A stretch of DNA of 63,122 bases, filler included, from Sphacelaria rigidula (lineage: Eukaryota), in the NCBI GenBank assembly GCA_964200075.2. It is 4 parts of 4 records of this genome, joined end to end, with 100 filler letters (N's around TTAATTAATTAA, not from the genome) between each part and the next. Parts side by side here need not be neighbours in the genome. Positions count along the whole stretch, not along the records: positions 47,421 to 63,122 come from CAXNAA020001635.1; 3 more parts are not named here. The stretch is one strand, 5' to 3'. Of this stretch, positions 51,996 to 63,122 are shown one piece after another. Both the position numbers and the translations under genes were made by a program. The stretch's first letter is position 1. Every line of letters starts with the position of its first letter. The notes below the pieces were generated by a model that searched no databases, was not told the origin of the DNA, and worked only from the letters and a program-made list of their open reading frames with translations.

Positions 51996-54900
51996 GAACG
52001 CTTCTTCGAGGTATCTTTATGCTGGCAGCTTGCTTTTCACAAGCGAGTTTGCTACTCAAAAGCGATGATATGAGTAGTATAATCCAAACCTGACTGCCTG
52101 AGAAACAGCGGCGATGTCAACAGCCTGACGATGCTTCAACACAGCGGTTTCCTTAGATCGAATCGATGCCTCAATCATCCTGTGCATTGCATGGTACAAG
52201 TGTGTCGGCGTAGGCAATGAATCAGTGAAACAGATCGATGTTGTGGAGTTTATCACTCTAGCATAACCCAATACGTGTGCACTCGTTGTGTTTCCCACCT
52301 ACTGCATGCATGTGTCATCATTAGTATGTAGATGCCTAGCGCGATCGCGGGTATGAAATCGGCCCAATGTTTGACGCGCAACGCAGGTGGTGCTGGCAGT
52401 CCATACCTCCAAGCCGATCATGTACCGATGCGGTATCATTGTGACTACCCGGAAGTGCACAAAAGGGTGGAAGAAGCTACATGGCGGAACGATCTCCTTC
52501 CATCAAGAACGGGGGAAAGTACCAGTAAACTATACGTCAAATTCTCTCTCGCGTGTATACCCCAGGGCTAATCTCGCGGACACTATGAGGCTGTCCACAC
52601 GTACCGCGTCTGTCTTGTGAACTCCTTCTCTCCTTGTCCGCGTCGCAGCTTTTTCATCAAGTCGGCTACCCTGCTCTCGTGGGCTTCTCCACACCAACCG
52701 TCGTTCAAATCCAAAACTTCCTGTGCCTGGGTTGAATCTTTAACGGATATGGCATCCCTGGCACGTACGTTGCCTCTACACACGACCCCGAGGTTCCCGC
52801 CACCCACGTTCTCGCCCTCGGTATTTCGGTGCTCCTTGCCAGAATCGGCGGTCCTTGGCACTGAGTTATTAAGGTGGCCGTTGGCGACGAATGACTGAAG
52901 TTCTTCCGCCAGTAACGTTGCTGCGTTTTCGCCCTCCTCGTCGTTGCTGCTGCGCTGGCCTAGGTTGTTTCCAGAGAGTAGGGGCAGAAGATTGTAAAAT
53001 CGAGGTATGTCTGGGGTTGAAGTGTTGTGGCCTTGAAGGCAATGACACTAACACCATTCAATTGGGAAGTATTATTGGAAAGTAATACCTGGCGAGAGCT
53101 GTTGACGGTGCTGATACGTCTTTCAGCTAGCTTTTGTGGTAGTGTTCAACACGTTGTTGCCGCGACCCAGTGTGAAAGCGGGTGCAAGACGGGGTCGATC
53201 ACCTGGTTGTATGCGACAAGTCCCTAAAGCACTAACGATTATACACCGACAGCTTTGGTATGACGAGGGCTTGAAACAGGTAATTGTTCAACTTTTAAAC
53301 CCGCCTTGAATACAGAAGAGTTGTGGAAAATATAACGGCGCATATTCATGTCGGGTATGTATGTATGGATTGCCTCACCCTGCTTGTCAGTCGACAATTC
53401 TTTGGCGTCTTGTTCGATGCAGATGTTTTCGGTAGTCATCAGAAAGTTCACTGTCTTCTTCATTTCGGCTTCGGCTCGACCCGCGTCGGCTTCAAGAGAG
53501 TCCGCCCGCACCGACGCCTCCATCCTATTGTGCATGTTTGAAGAAGACGAATTGATGCACGTGACAGGATGAATCTACCATGGGAAGTTATACTATCATA
53601 CATTTGAGAGCATGGCATTGACGCATGCCACCGACAGCCCATGAGTCGGAAAGTGCGGCGAAAACGATAATCCCAACGGGTAGAATTTACCTGGCAATCG
53701 AAGGCTTGAGGTTGGGCTTGGAGTTAGGGATAAGGTCAGGTGAAATGGCAACTGGAAGGTACGGGTGGGACTTGCGACATGTATCGACAAGATACCCATG
53801 TTCCCGAGGATGTCCTTGGACGTTTTTAGTCGTGAGGAATGTCGGGGGGAATGTATCCAAATGAGAACAGAGACACCTGCTCTCACGATGCTGACCTATC
53901 TCCGTGAAATTTCTCCGCCCCTACACCCCTGCCCCCGGATTGGTCTGTGAAGTGCGGGTAATTCTAGCAGGAGGACAGCACGGCTCTTCTGTTATAACTG
54001 AACCAGGCATTGTCCTGGCCCACTCGATAGTCGTTGAAGAATTATGTCGAATTCGTACGTGTTGCCAACCCTCCTCCCCTCCCGTCCATCCCGCCACTCT
54101 GACCAAGCGTACCGACAACGAACGGCATCACATGAATGCGATGATGTACGGCAACCAATTGACGCCCGGTTTGTGTGCATGCAGCACACCGACGAAGTGT
54201 ACCGACAGCGTAACATTTACCGTTGACTCTGGATAAGATTCACATCTCGTCGCGCGGCTCGTGCAGCTCCCTCGGCTTCCCTCAATACTTCCCGGCTTTG
54301 CCTGTACCCGGCTGTAGCTTCTTCGAGAATCACGTCTATTGCACGTATCTTCTTTGCATCGCCGGCTTGTCGAGTCTGTCAGACCGGAGGTCACAGAGAG
54401 GAGAGTGAACGCAATGCGCTTCGGTGCAGACGTCGTAATCCTGTCTTACATAACACAAGAGGAGCTGCATATGACCCCAATCACTGAAAATAGTAGTACC
54501 TTGGCTGCCTGCTCTTGGCCGGAAAGCTCCTTCGTTTCCGCGACAAGGGCGACCACCCGTTCCTTTCTCCCCCTCGCTCGTTTCTCCAGCACTCGTTTTT
54601 TCACGCGCACCTGTAGTTCAATGACATGGTAAAGAACATGGCCCAAAGTAACTCGATCGCTGAGTCGTGAAAGGACGATATGTGACAAGCGATTCCTACT
54701 TTTGTTGCACTCGACAGCCTACTACTGTTCCCGTCTCTTGCTTGGACTACAGTAGAGTGTGTGTCTATTGAGATGCACGTCAAGAAGGATTTCCCGAACA
54801 AGATCTGGAACACGAGCGTAGCTTGTCACCTCATCCCTTCCGGCGTGCTTGCTTCCCATTTCACTTTTGAGACTCTGGAGCTCACGCACAGTCGCATCGC

Positions 54901-57900
54901 GGGCGTTTTCTTCGTGGCAACCTCTTATTTCGCTCTTCGCCCCCGATTTCTCTGGCTTTGTCGAAAGCCTGTCAATCTCCATCAGCTCGGTTACAGCTGT
55001 TTTCCTCCTGCAGTGCAACGAGAACTCTTTCGCTTTGAGATGTTGGTGTGAATAAACAAGTGAGTCCATGCCGACACCAAGTGTCACCGAAACAGGTGAT
55101 GAGGCATGCGCCGCTCTTGGTGGTCGTGGTCGTAGGTACCTTTAAATCGCCTGGCACTAATGGGCTGCACTTGAGTCGATAAGATCACATTTTTAGGTAG
55201 TTTTAATTGACTGGCTACCGTTGGGAATGAGCTACGTGTTTCCTGTGTAGACACCGACACGCCGTTTGAACCTGCCGTGATAAGTAGAGTGAAGCACGCA
55301 CAACACGGCCCAAACAGGAGGTTCCAAGAAACACCGAAGGAAACTTTCCGAAATGTACCCTGGTACTTGAAGGGGGCACATGAAGCGACGTACGTATTTC
55401 TTCCCTTGAGTACGTGAGTTCTAGAAGACACGAACACTGCGTAGCGATGTGTTCTTTTACCTCAACCGGAGAGTTTCGAGTTGTTCTTCTTGCGTCGCCT
55501 GGCTCTTGTCACTGCCCCGTTGCCGTTGAAGCGGTGCCGCGAGAAGGCTCCGATGGGCTGCAAGCTTTCCGTCTAGCCTGGACACTTCTTGGACGAGTTC
55601 ATCAGCCTTACACCGACCGCAAGGTACAAGAAATTTCATTTCTGATGAGCGAGCCAGGAAATGAGCAAGTATGCGGCTTAGAGAATGCCGAATTCCGGCA
55701 ATGGGTGTGCTTTTTGGGCCAGCACACCAACAAGCCTTCAATACATATGTTCTTGAATGAAATGGGGGACGCCCTTTTCTTGACCACTCGTTGCACGTAC
55801 GCTGTGCTGTACACATCGTTTCCGACCACTGATGTACCAACCGGTTTTCAACATATATCGAGCACGGAGAATCTAGAAGTGATGGCTTGTGTTCATACTG
55901 ATGGCAGCAACGGCTCACTGATGCTCAACTAAATCTTCACGCAAATCCCCTGTAATTTTGGGCTGCACTCTCACACCTGAGCTTGCGCAGCTGCGTACCC
56001 CGCCTGGGCATCCTCCAAGTCAAACCTTGCTTGTCCACCGTCCCTTGAGAGTCTTGCTAGCTCCGCTTCAGTAGATACGCGAGACGCCTCCGCCTCCTTC
56101 AGTCGGCGTTGAAGGCTTTCAATATCCTCTCCCTGCGCTGGGCCACTTCCCTTAGCATTTTTCACGTGTTGTCTACCGGAATCATACTCACCGTTTCCGA
56201 TGACCAAGAGCCTGGCGGACGGGGTGGCCTGCCTTGGCTTCACGGCTACTTCGCCACTGGCGAAGAACAGCTCTCCTGTAGACGAGAAGAGCACGTGCAT
56301 AGTCACTTGTTTGTGGGAAGGAAGCATGACAAAAGCACCGGTGACAGTCGCATGTTGAGGGTGTCGGAATGGTGGGTATTAACGATACCTTTTCAAAAGA
56401 TAGATGGTGACGCCTGGGTTCGACGCTAAAAGTACGCTTGTTTTCTTCGTCGAACACATACTCAATGTAGACAGTACCGGAAGAGTATAGACAGGGCAAA
56501 CCACCGATATGGAGCAATAAACTGAACGAAAAACATGGACATGCCTTCGCACGAGCGGAGACACATCTGTCATCCGACCTACTGTATACAAGGTATACAT
56601 CAGATGAGGCAATCAAAGCGTCATCTCGCAACATGATCGGTCAATCACTCTCGCCGCATCCCACCCACACGCGACCATAAGGGTGATCACCATCTGCAAG
56701 GGATGAAGAATTTTAGTACGTGTACTCACCTGAAAGAGTTACAATGCTTGGCGCGCGTGGCATAGCTCCGTATTTCGAGTTCCATGCAGTCTGACGGTTT
56801 TCTGCTAGTAGCCTACATCGAAAAACAAACAATAGTAAGGCGCTTCATGACAATGCTTCCCATATCTCGCAAGTTAGCTTGGTTGTGCATAAACGGATCC
56901 TTAGCTGTGTTCAATCTAAAACGCGATATATTTTTTCAATCGTCGGCATTGTTTGCGTCGAAAGCCTTTGCTGTATGTTTATGTTCGCGCGATTCCCTAC
57001 GTGGGCGAAGGCCCGCTAAGAAGCCATCAGCCCCAAAATGGCTGCAGTCGATGTTTTTGCTGCCCCTCCTCCTACCCAAAACACTGTTGTGAAAAAATGA
57101 ACAATATGGGCGAAAACGGGAGATTTCCATATTTCGAGCTTCCTTCCTGCATCGGAAAGGAGTACCCTTTCTCGGACACTGCAGAGTTGTACAACAACCT
57201 GCACCCGACGTCTTGTGGCCGTCAATCGCCCAAAATCATCAAAATACCGGTCAAAATGGATCATAATGGCCTATAACTGTGCAATTTTGACCCAAAAACT
57301 CCAAAATAGTTTGCCTCGGATTTTTAGTTTCCCGTTAGGATCTCCATCATTCTCGCATTTCAGTGGACGGACCTGTGACATGGTGAGCACCACCGTTACG
57401 GAGATATGGTATATACTTCATAACCAAGCTAATTTTGCGACAGGGAGTATATCAACCAGATTTATCGATAGACGAAACGAACACTGTGCGCCAGCCATGC
57501 GCTTACTTCAAGTGCGAACATGCGCACAATGAAATGGCCTTTTCACCCAGCAGTTTCATAGCGTACCAGCCTCGAAGATGCTTCTCGCAAGCTCGAAGGT
57601 GAAGGGGATCAGCTGCAGTCACACATGCTGAAAGGGCAGTGAGCTGATTCCCGCACCCGGAAGATCCTTCTCCTGGTGATTTAGATACATTGGAGCACTG
57701 GTCAATCCTAGGTACGTGATTTATAGTACGGGGGTGTCAAGTGAAAACATTTTTGCACCATTGGGTGCAATCAACTTGAAACGTTCAACTGCGCTGTCCT
57801 CCCAATACCGTGTGCGCGGCAAACGTTTCGCAGGGTACGATTCAGGGCATTATAACAGGATACATGCCCTATAGGTTGCATACGTTAACGCGGGGGGGCT

Positions 57901-60900
57901 CTGCGAGTTTTTGCCAATGTTACTCACCAGGTGGTCGGTCCACATGTGCGTCTCGCCCTGTGTACTAAACGCGTTCGTCGCATGTGGATCCCTAGGCACA
58001 ACTATAGTGCATACAAAAAACGTTTTTCGTTGACGATGGGTCACCCTTTGCTTTCGAAACGTCACGTCCACTGATCAGCATTAATCTGAGCGATCCACAA
58101 CCACATGCATGCATGCGATCTCACCGCTTCCCCCGCTATCCACCGCAGGATCTCTCATCTCTTCCAGGATATCACATCTAACTTGGCCTTTGATCCCGGC
58201 CGCTTTCACCGCATTGACCACACGCGCTCCGTCGCTTCTCCTCTGGACCACGATGGTGTTTCGTAGTTTCGGACCTAGCACCGCGGAAACGGCGGTTTCA
58301 TCTCTTTGGCGCCGTACTAATACCAAATCAGCCAGCATCCCGTGGACGGAAGCCCCCCTCGCTCGAAGTTGCTCTAGGATTGAGCGCAGCGGATCTGCTG
58401 CTGTCCCGTCGCTGCCTCGTGACGGCATGTGACCTCCTTGACTGCGAGCGCCCGGTGTGGGTTGTTGCGTGTCGATGTTTACGGAGACGCTTGCATTACG
58501 CTCAGCGAGGCCCCGCACGATAAATTGTTGTTCCGCGCACTTTGCACGTGCCTTGGCCATGTGATCCTCGATCTGGCAGTCACGAGGTACATAGTCGGCT
58601 ATTGGGAAATCGTGGCGTGAAAGACATAGAGTGAGATTTATCTTCAAAGTTGTGAGCTAGATTCCTCTCTTCTTCCCGCTTCGGTCATCCTCAATAACTC
58701 AACGCTTCGAAAATTCTCCGAATGCTTTCTCGACTCATATTGGACGCGTAGGCGGCAGCTGTTATTTCAACGATGACCACAAGTCTCGCGACGTGTCGCA
58801 CTCCTAAGCTCACCTCTTGAACCCTCCTTCGGTGTGCCCCTAAGGACTCTTGTGCGATCGTGACAGCTGACCAACGGAACTCATGCTCGCGTCGAGCCGT
58901 CTCGACTTCGGCTTCTAGCTTCTTCAGAGTGCACGCGGCCTGTGCTCTGCGTTGTTCTCGTACTATTAAAGCTCTCTCGATTTCAGCTAGGCTAGTGTCG
59001 ATCGAGCATATTTCCTGCATCAGCCCATCGCGTTGACTGGAAACATTCGAGCCCAAACCATCCTGCTCCTGCGTGTGCCTTGTCTGCAAGAAAAGGAGGC
59101 GCATTTCAAGACCGCGAGTTTCGGCATACTACGCACGGTCCCGCAAGTCACTTGGAGGCGCACTTCCTATTGTTACAACGCTAACGACGCGCGAAGGAAA
59201 TCCCAATTTGCAGTAACTTTGAAGCGCAAAATGTAGCACCGACACAAAAGAATCGTCGTTGTTTTCGTATTTGGACGGACTGCCTTGTCACCACCGTGCA
59301 ACTCCACGGCCACGACGAGTACGACAGTAGGAGTGAAAATGTCGGCTGTACGTAAGTGTGACGACCTTATTTTCTATACGCATACCGGGAATAAAATCAC
59401 AACAGCCGCAAACCGTATGTGACTCACCTCTAGCTCGTTGATGGAAACGTGGATTCTGTCACACTCTTCGTCGAGAGTAGCTGCTCGCTTTGATAGCTTT
59501 GAAAGCTCAGCATCACCGTCCTTCACCAACTGACGTGCCTTCGACAATGCCTTGGTCCTTGACCTACGTGAGCCACAAGTCATGAGCACACGCCTTTCAA
59601 GGGAGGTTTAGCTATATAATCTGGGGTACACATATGTCTCTCTCTATATGCACGTCATGAGAGAGGCAGCGAGGGGAGAGATATCTTCCTTGTTATCGTA
59701 CTTTGCTAGCATCATAGGAGGCGTCGATTGTATAACATTTTGAGCCGTGTACGGGTCGAATTGTCTGGCAGTAGCTCACTTTATCAGCGCGAGCCTCCGT
59801 TTTTCGCGAACTTCTGCCTCGACTTGAGCGGCCTTGGCCTTCTGTAGCTTTTCCCGAGCGATTATTTGCGCCTTCAACCGTCGGTCGGCGTCCTGTTTCG
59901 CCCGCGACAACCTCTCGCCAGCGCTGGAATCACGATCTCTGTGAAGAAACGCAGGGACATTCAAGAGTCAAAGACAGGAATACTCGATGTTTCACATCTC
60001 AAAGTGGGTGACCCCGAACAATGTTGCTGCTACCCATATATCTCGCGGTCGCCATGGGCCCACTGCCAGCGAGCGCGCCAGATATACCCAGTCCCCTGTG
60101 TGCCATTCGCTACACGGATCAAATGGACAGCGCATTGTAAATGTTGCAATCGGCACATTCAGACTAAACTCACGTGGCCGTTTTCATCCTTCCATTGAGC
60201 TCAGCAATTTCCGTTCCGATCTCAGTCAATCTGGACTCTGCTTGATCATAACGTACCCTGGAAAGTAGTCGCGCATCCAACAGAAAGGTTCAGAAGGAGA
60301 CGAACCGCGGGATGTGTTGCTTCAGAATGCATGCACTCCGTTAGAAGCAAGATTTCACGTCCTTGTCTTCCGCCGTGGAGATGGCGTTGCCGACTGGATG
60401 CATTTCTGCCCCAGCTATTTCGAGCATTCTCGGGCAAATCGTCTTTGGTGCCCAATCCCTATAGTGCTACGTCACCGCGGTCTTGTTCCAGTCTTGCCGA
60501 CGCAGAATTCCTACACCTCATCGTATCAGCGATATCTAGCGTTCAAAACGTGTCACACTAGCATGCCGGCTGTCCTCTCAGTTTTCGCTTGTTCCACAAC
60601 TTTAAGTCAAGCTGAGTACTGTACACTGCCATGCCAGCAATCAAATGCGTGAAAGATTTTCATGCAGAGGCAGGGAAAGTAGACGTCTGGCTGTCGACGG
60701 GCAGGATACGGTACACCACATGATACCGCGAATTAACCACATGATACTGCGGGGTGAACGTCATAGAACACTGCGGATGAATGCCACATGGTGGTGAGAA
60801 TGAACGCAGAACCAATGCCTTCGTAACGATAGCACTCTACGAACATGATTAAATGAGAAGACTAAACCTGTGAAAGGCCAGTTGTCTGTGGCACATCCTG

Positions 60901-62496
60901 ATCTTCTCCTGCAACAGCTCTCTGTTCGCCTTCCGGTATACGATGAACGCTTCCACCTGAAAAATGGAGAAATACGGCGCAAGTTATTCGCAATACACAA
61001 CACGAAAGTGGCCTGTCAAAGGATTGGCGGGCATCTCCCAGCACTTTCCAAGATTACTACCCTGCTATTGTTCACATGGTATCAGGAGCTGATTGTGTGA
61101 CCTCGCTCACCTCATCAGTTCTTGACAGGTACCCGTAGTTCCGCATGACCGAACACTCATGAAGAGTGACTGTCTTCGCGCAACTCCACACGGGGTCGAT
61201 TAATCGTGCTTAAAAACTAAGCAAGGACATGGTATGGTTTCCATCACACAGGCGTGAAAAGAGCGCAGGATAAAAATAGACAGCGTCATCATTTCGACAA
61301 GCCAACATGAACATACCTGAGGTTGGAGCTGTCTCCTGGATTGGCAAGTTTCCGCCACTTGCAGCTCAAGACTCAGTGACTCCTCTCGGAGATCATCAAG
61401 GGCAGTTTGAGCTGCCTCTGCTTTCGTTTTCAGATCCGCCGTCTCGTCCTGAAGGTTCTCGATAAACGACAGGAGCTCCACGCCTTCTCGCCGGCAAATC
61501 TGCTAGGCACCAAAACCCGGGTGAGCAACACTTCGACACATGCATTTTGGTTTCCGTCGCATCTTAATTTCCAAAATAGACTGGCAAAGTATACTAGCCA
61601 AAACCCCGTCAAGTGCTACTGCACTCACCATGGTTGAGCCTTGCTTGAGAACGTAGCGGTCCGTCTGATACATGTTGAATCCGACAAATGCGCTGAGAGT
61701 CGCCATCATACCCGCTCTCGAGCATGATCGCCCCTGCTCGCCAGCAGTAAAATGTACAACACCAATATCAACGGCGCGCAACACGCTGACCCAAAGATCT
61801 GGTGTCAGGTTAAGATTGCGGTCATTTATATTCGCTGTACTCACCTCTGCATAGTAGGTGCTAACCCCTGTACCATGTCTAACAGATCGTCCTACCGAGA
61901 GATGCTCCGACGTCGTACCATGCGCAGCAGCCTCTCTTTCGTGTCCTTCCAGTGGGGCCTGCACAGAGACGTTTATATTGAATAGCTAACGAGTTAACCC
62001 CGGTATGATGTTGATTGAGCTGACGAAAGGAGAGACTGCGACCGTCAGTTAGTAGTAGCTACCGTCAAATGGATTTGTTGGTGTCAAGGGAGAATGGAAC
62101 ACGTTTTGTCAGGAATAACCCTATATATTCGGGCGGGGAATATGCTCATTGGTGCGAATATATATTCGATAGCGTACTCTGCCATCTAGCTGCTACCATA
62201 ACCTACCCAAAGGCTCGACGGACACAGTTCACATGCCACCTTACCGCTAACGTGGAGGACAACCACCTGAGTGGTGGTACGAAACTCCGGAGCTGCTAGC
62301 ACTCACCTATATCGAACAACACCACTGGACAAAATACTTGTTTTGGCTTCTTCACCTCTCTGGGTGTCCCCCGCTGTGCTCTGGTGATCTTTCGAAATGT
62401 GAGGGTGACGGACGCAACGGCTTTGCCCCCTTGGCTCCGCACGGTTCGGTCGTTGACTAGGTGAGAGACTTTCTTGGAACGCAGGGACTTTGACGT
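49277..62496 (-). CDS. Divergent SMC-family (structural maintenance of chromosomes) ATPase, multi-exon, 5'-incomplete (Walker A not in window)
   Basis: Head exons: 49277-49481 (HLLGIYHCKGTARTV...stop), 49864-49988 (IDSALD...EQCIVISHRPEMHERA), 50350-50515 (SEGLAVQAKP...QLSGGQVALVGLALNLA...PAPLYLMDE) and ~51207-51390 (CLEDINRALGAIFRRLT). Coiled-coil exons lie at ~52090-56130 and 58814-61500. Hinge exons: 58125-58572 (VHGMLADLV...AVSAVLGPKLRNTIVV) and ~56190-56277 (GELFFASG). N-terminal head exons: ~61629-61733 (RYVLKQG, Q-loop-like), 61845-61958 and 62307-62496 (LRSKKVSHLVND...ASVTLTF). Some internal exon borders are approximate. Confidence 0.9.
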
Positions 62497-62604
62497 CTGA
62501 CAACAACACGGCAAAAAAAACAATCGTCCGGGTGTGGAGACTTGAATGTAGGGTTATGGCACAACGGGAACTGCCTCAACTTCAACCATAATTCTTGAGG
62601 TCAC

Positions 62605-62877
62605 TGCCGCCGCGCCGCGGTGGTGTAATGGTCCGACTGTCGCCATTAGAGTGGAGAGAATGAGGGTTTGATTCCCGATGCGTTGGGTTTTTTCTCCGTA
62701 ATGTCTGATTTCCCCCGTGGAAAGCGTGAGAACGTCAGTAAGTTGACTGAGTTTGTTTGACGTGAGTTGACGCGGTGTAGGAGTGCTGATAGTCATGACC
62801 CAACCCGCGAGACCAAGATGCAAGGCGTGTACCGTGGGAGAAATGGGCTGATCCCTTGAGATCATGGACTCATTCGA
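62605..62877 (+). mobile_element. tRNA-derived SINE (family A), in an SMC intron
   Basis: A box TGGTGTAATGG at 62621-62631, B box GGTTTGATTCC at 62665-62675; body homologous to the reverse complement of 18311-18579. Confidence 0.7.
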
Positions 62878-62879
62878 AG

Positions 62880-63122
62880 GAGGGGGGGGGGGGGTACTCA
62901 TTTGTCGCTTGCCTTAGTCGTTTGACCATTGACCATGCCTCTCTTTCGAGACGAAGCACCGTTCCTACCCCTAATAGAGACACCTTTAACATTCCGGCGC
63001 TCATTACGTTTCTCCCATAGCTTATTACGTTTCTTCCATAGGAGGGGGGGGGGGGAGGGGAGTACTCATGATCATGCATGCCAGAGTTGTAAGACTATTG
63101 ACCTCGCATCCCTACCTAGCGG
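62880..63122 (+). repeat. Dispersed repeat; 5' part matches 47500-47600, 3' part matches 18985-19040 and (inverted) 46628-46700
   Basis: Shared agtactcatgatcatgcatgcca...ttgacctcgcatccctac. Confidence 0.75.

Noticed and set aside
62605..62690. Functional tRNA gene
   Set aside because: A and B boxes are present but there is no proper cloverleaf or acceptor stem, and homology with the other copy extends ~200 bp beyond the head.

Overview
Eukaryotic nuclear DNA, almost certainly a brown alga (Phaeophyceae): it has long GT-AG introns, a fucoxanthin-chlorophyll a/c protein gene with a bipartite ASAF-type plastid presequence, and dense repeats. The window is not contiguous. Four scaffolds of 15707, 15707, 15706 and 15702 bp are joined by identical 100-nt N44-TTAATTAATTAA-N44 spacers. 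Segment 1 holds a complete 5-exon Lhcf/FCP gene (219 aa) with a 5.66-kb repeat-filled first intron. Segment 2 holds a 5'-truncated RTE-clade LINE, SINE/MITE copies, several hairpins and a multi-exon coiled-coil gene of unknown function. Segment 3 is essentially repeats: four copies of a ~210-bp TGT...ACA MITE carrying telomere-like TTAGGG units, a 375-bp foldback and minisatellites. It ends in a mitochondrial cox1 fragment. Segment 4 holds most of a minus-strand, divergent SMC-family ATPase gene whose C-terminal head does not fit canonical SMC1-4. Most ORFs in the supplied track are spurious. I found no prokaryotic or CRISPR-type system. The best novelty candidates are the non-canonical SMC and the telomere-motif MITE family.
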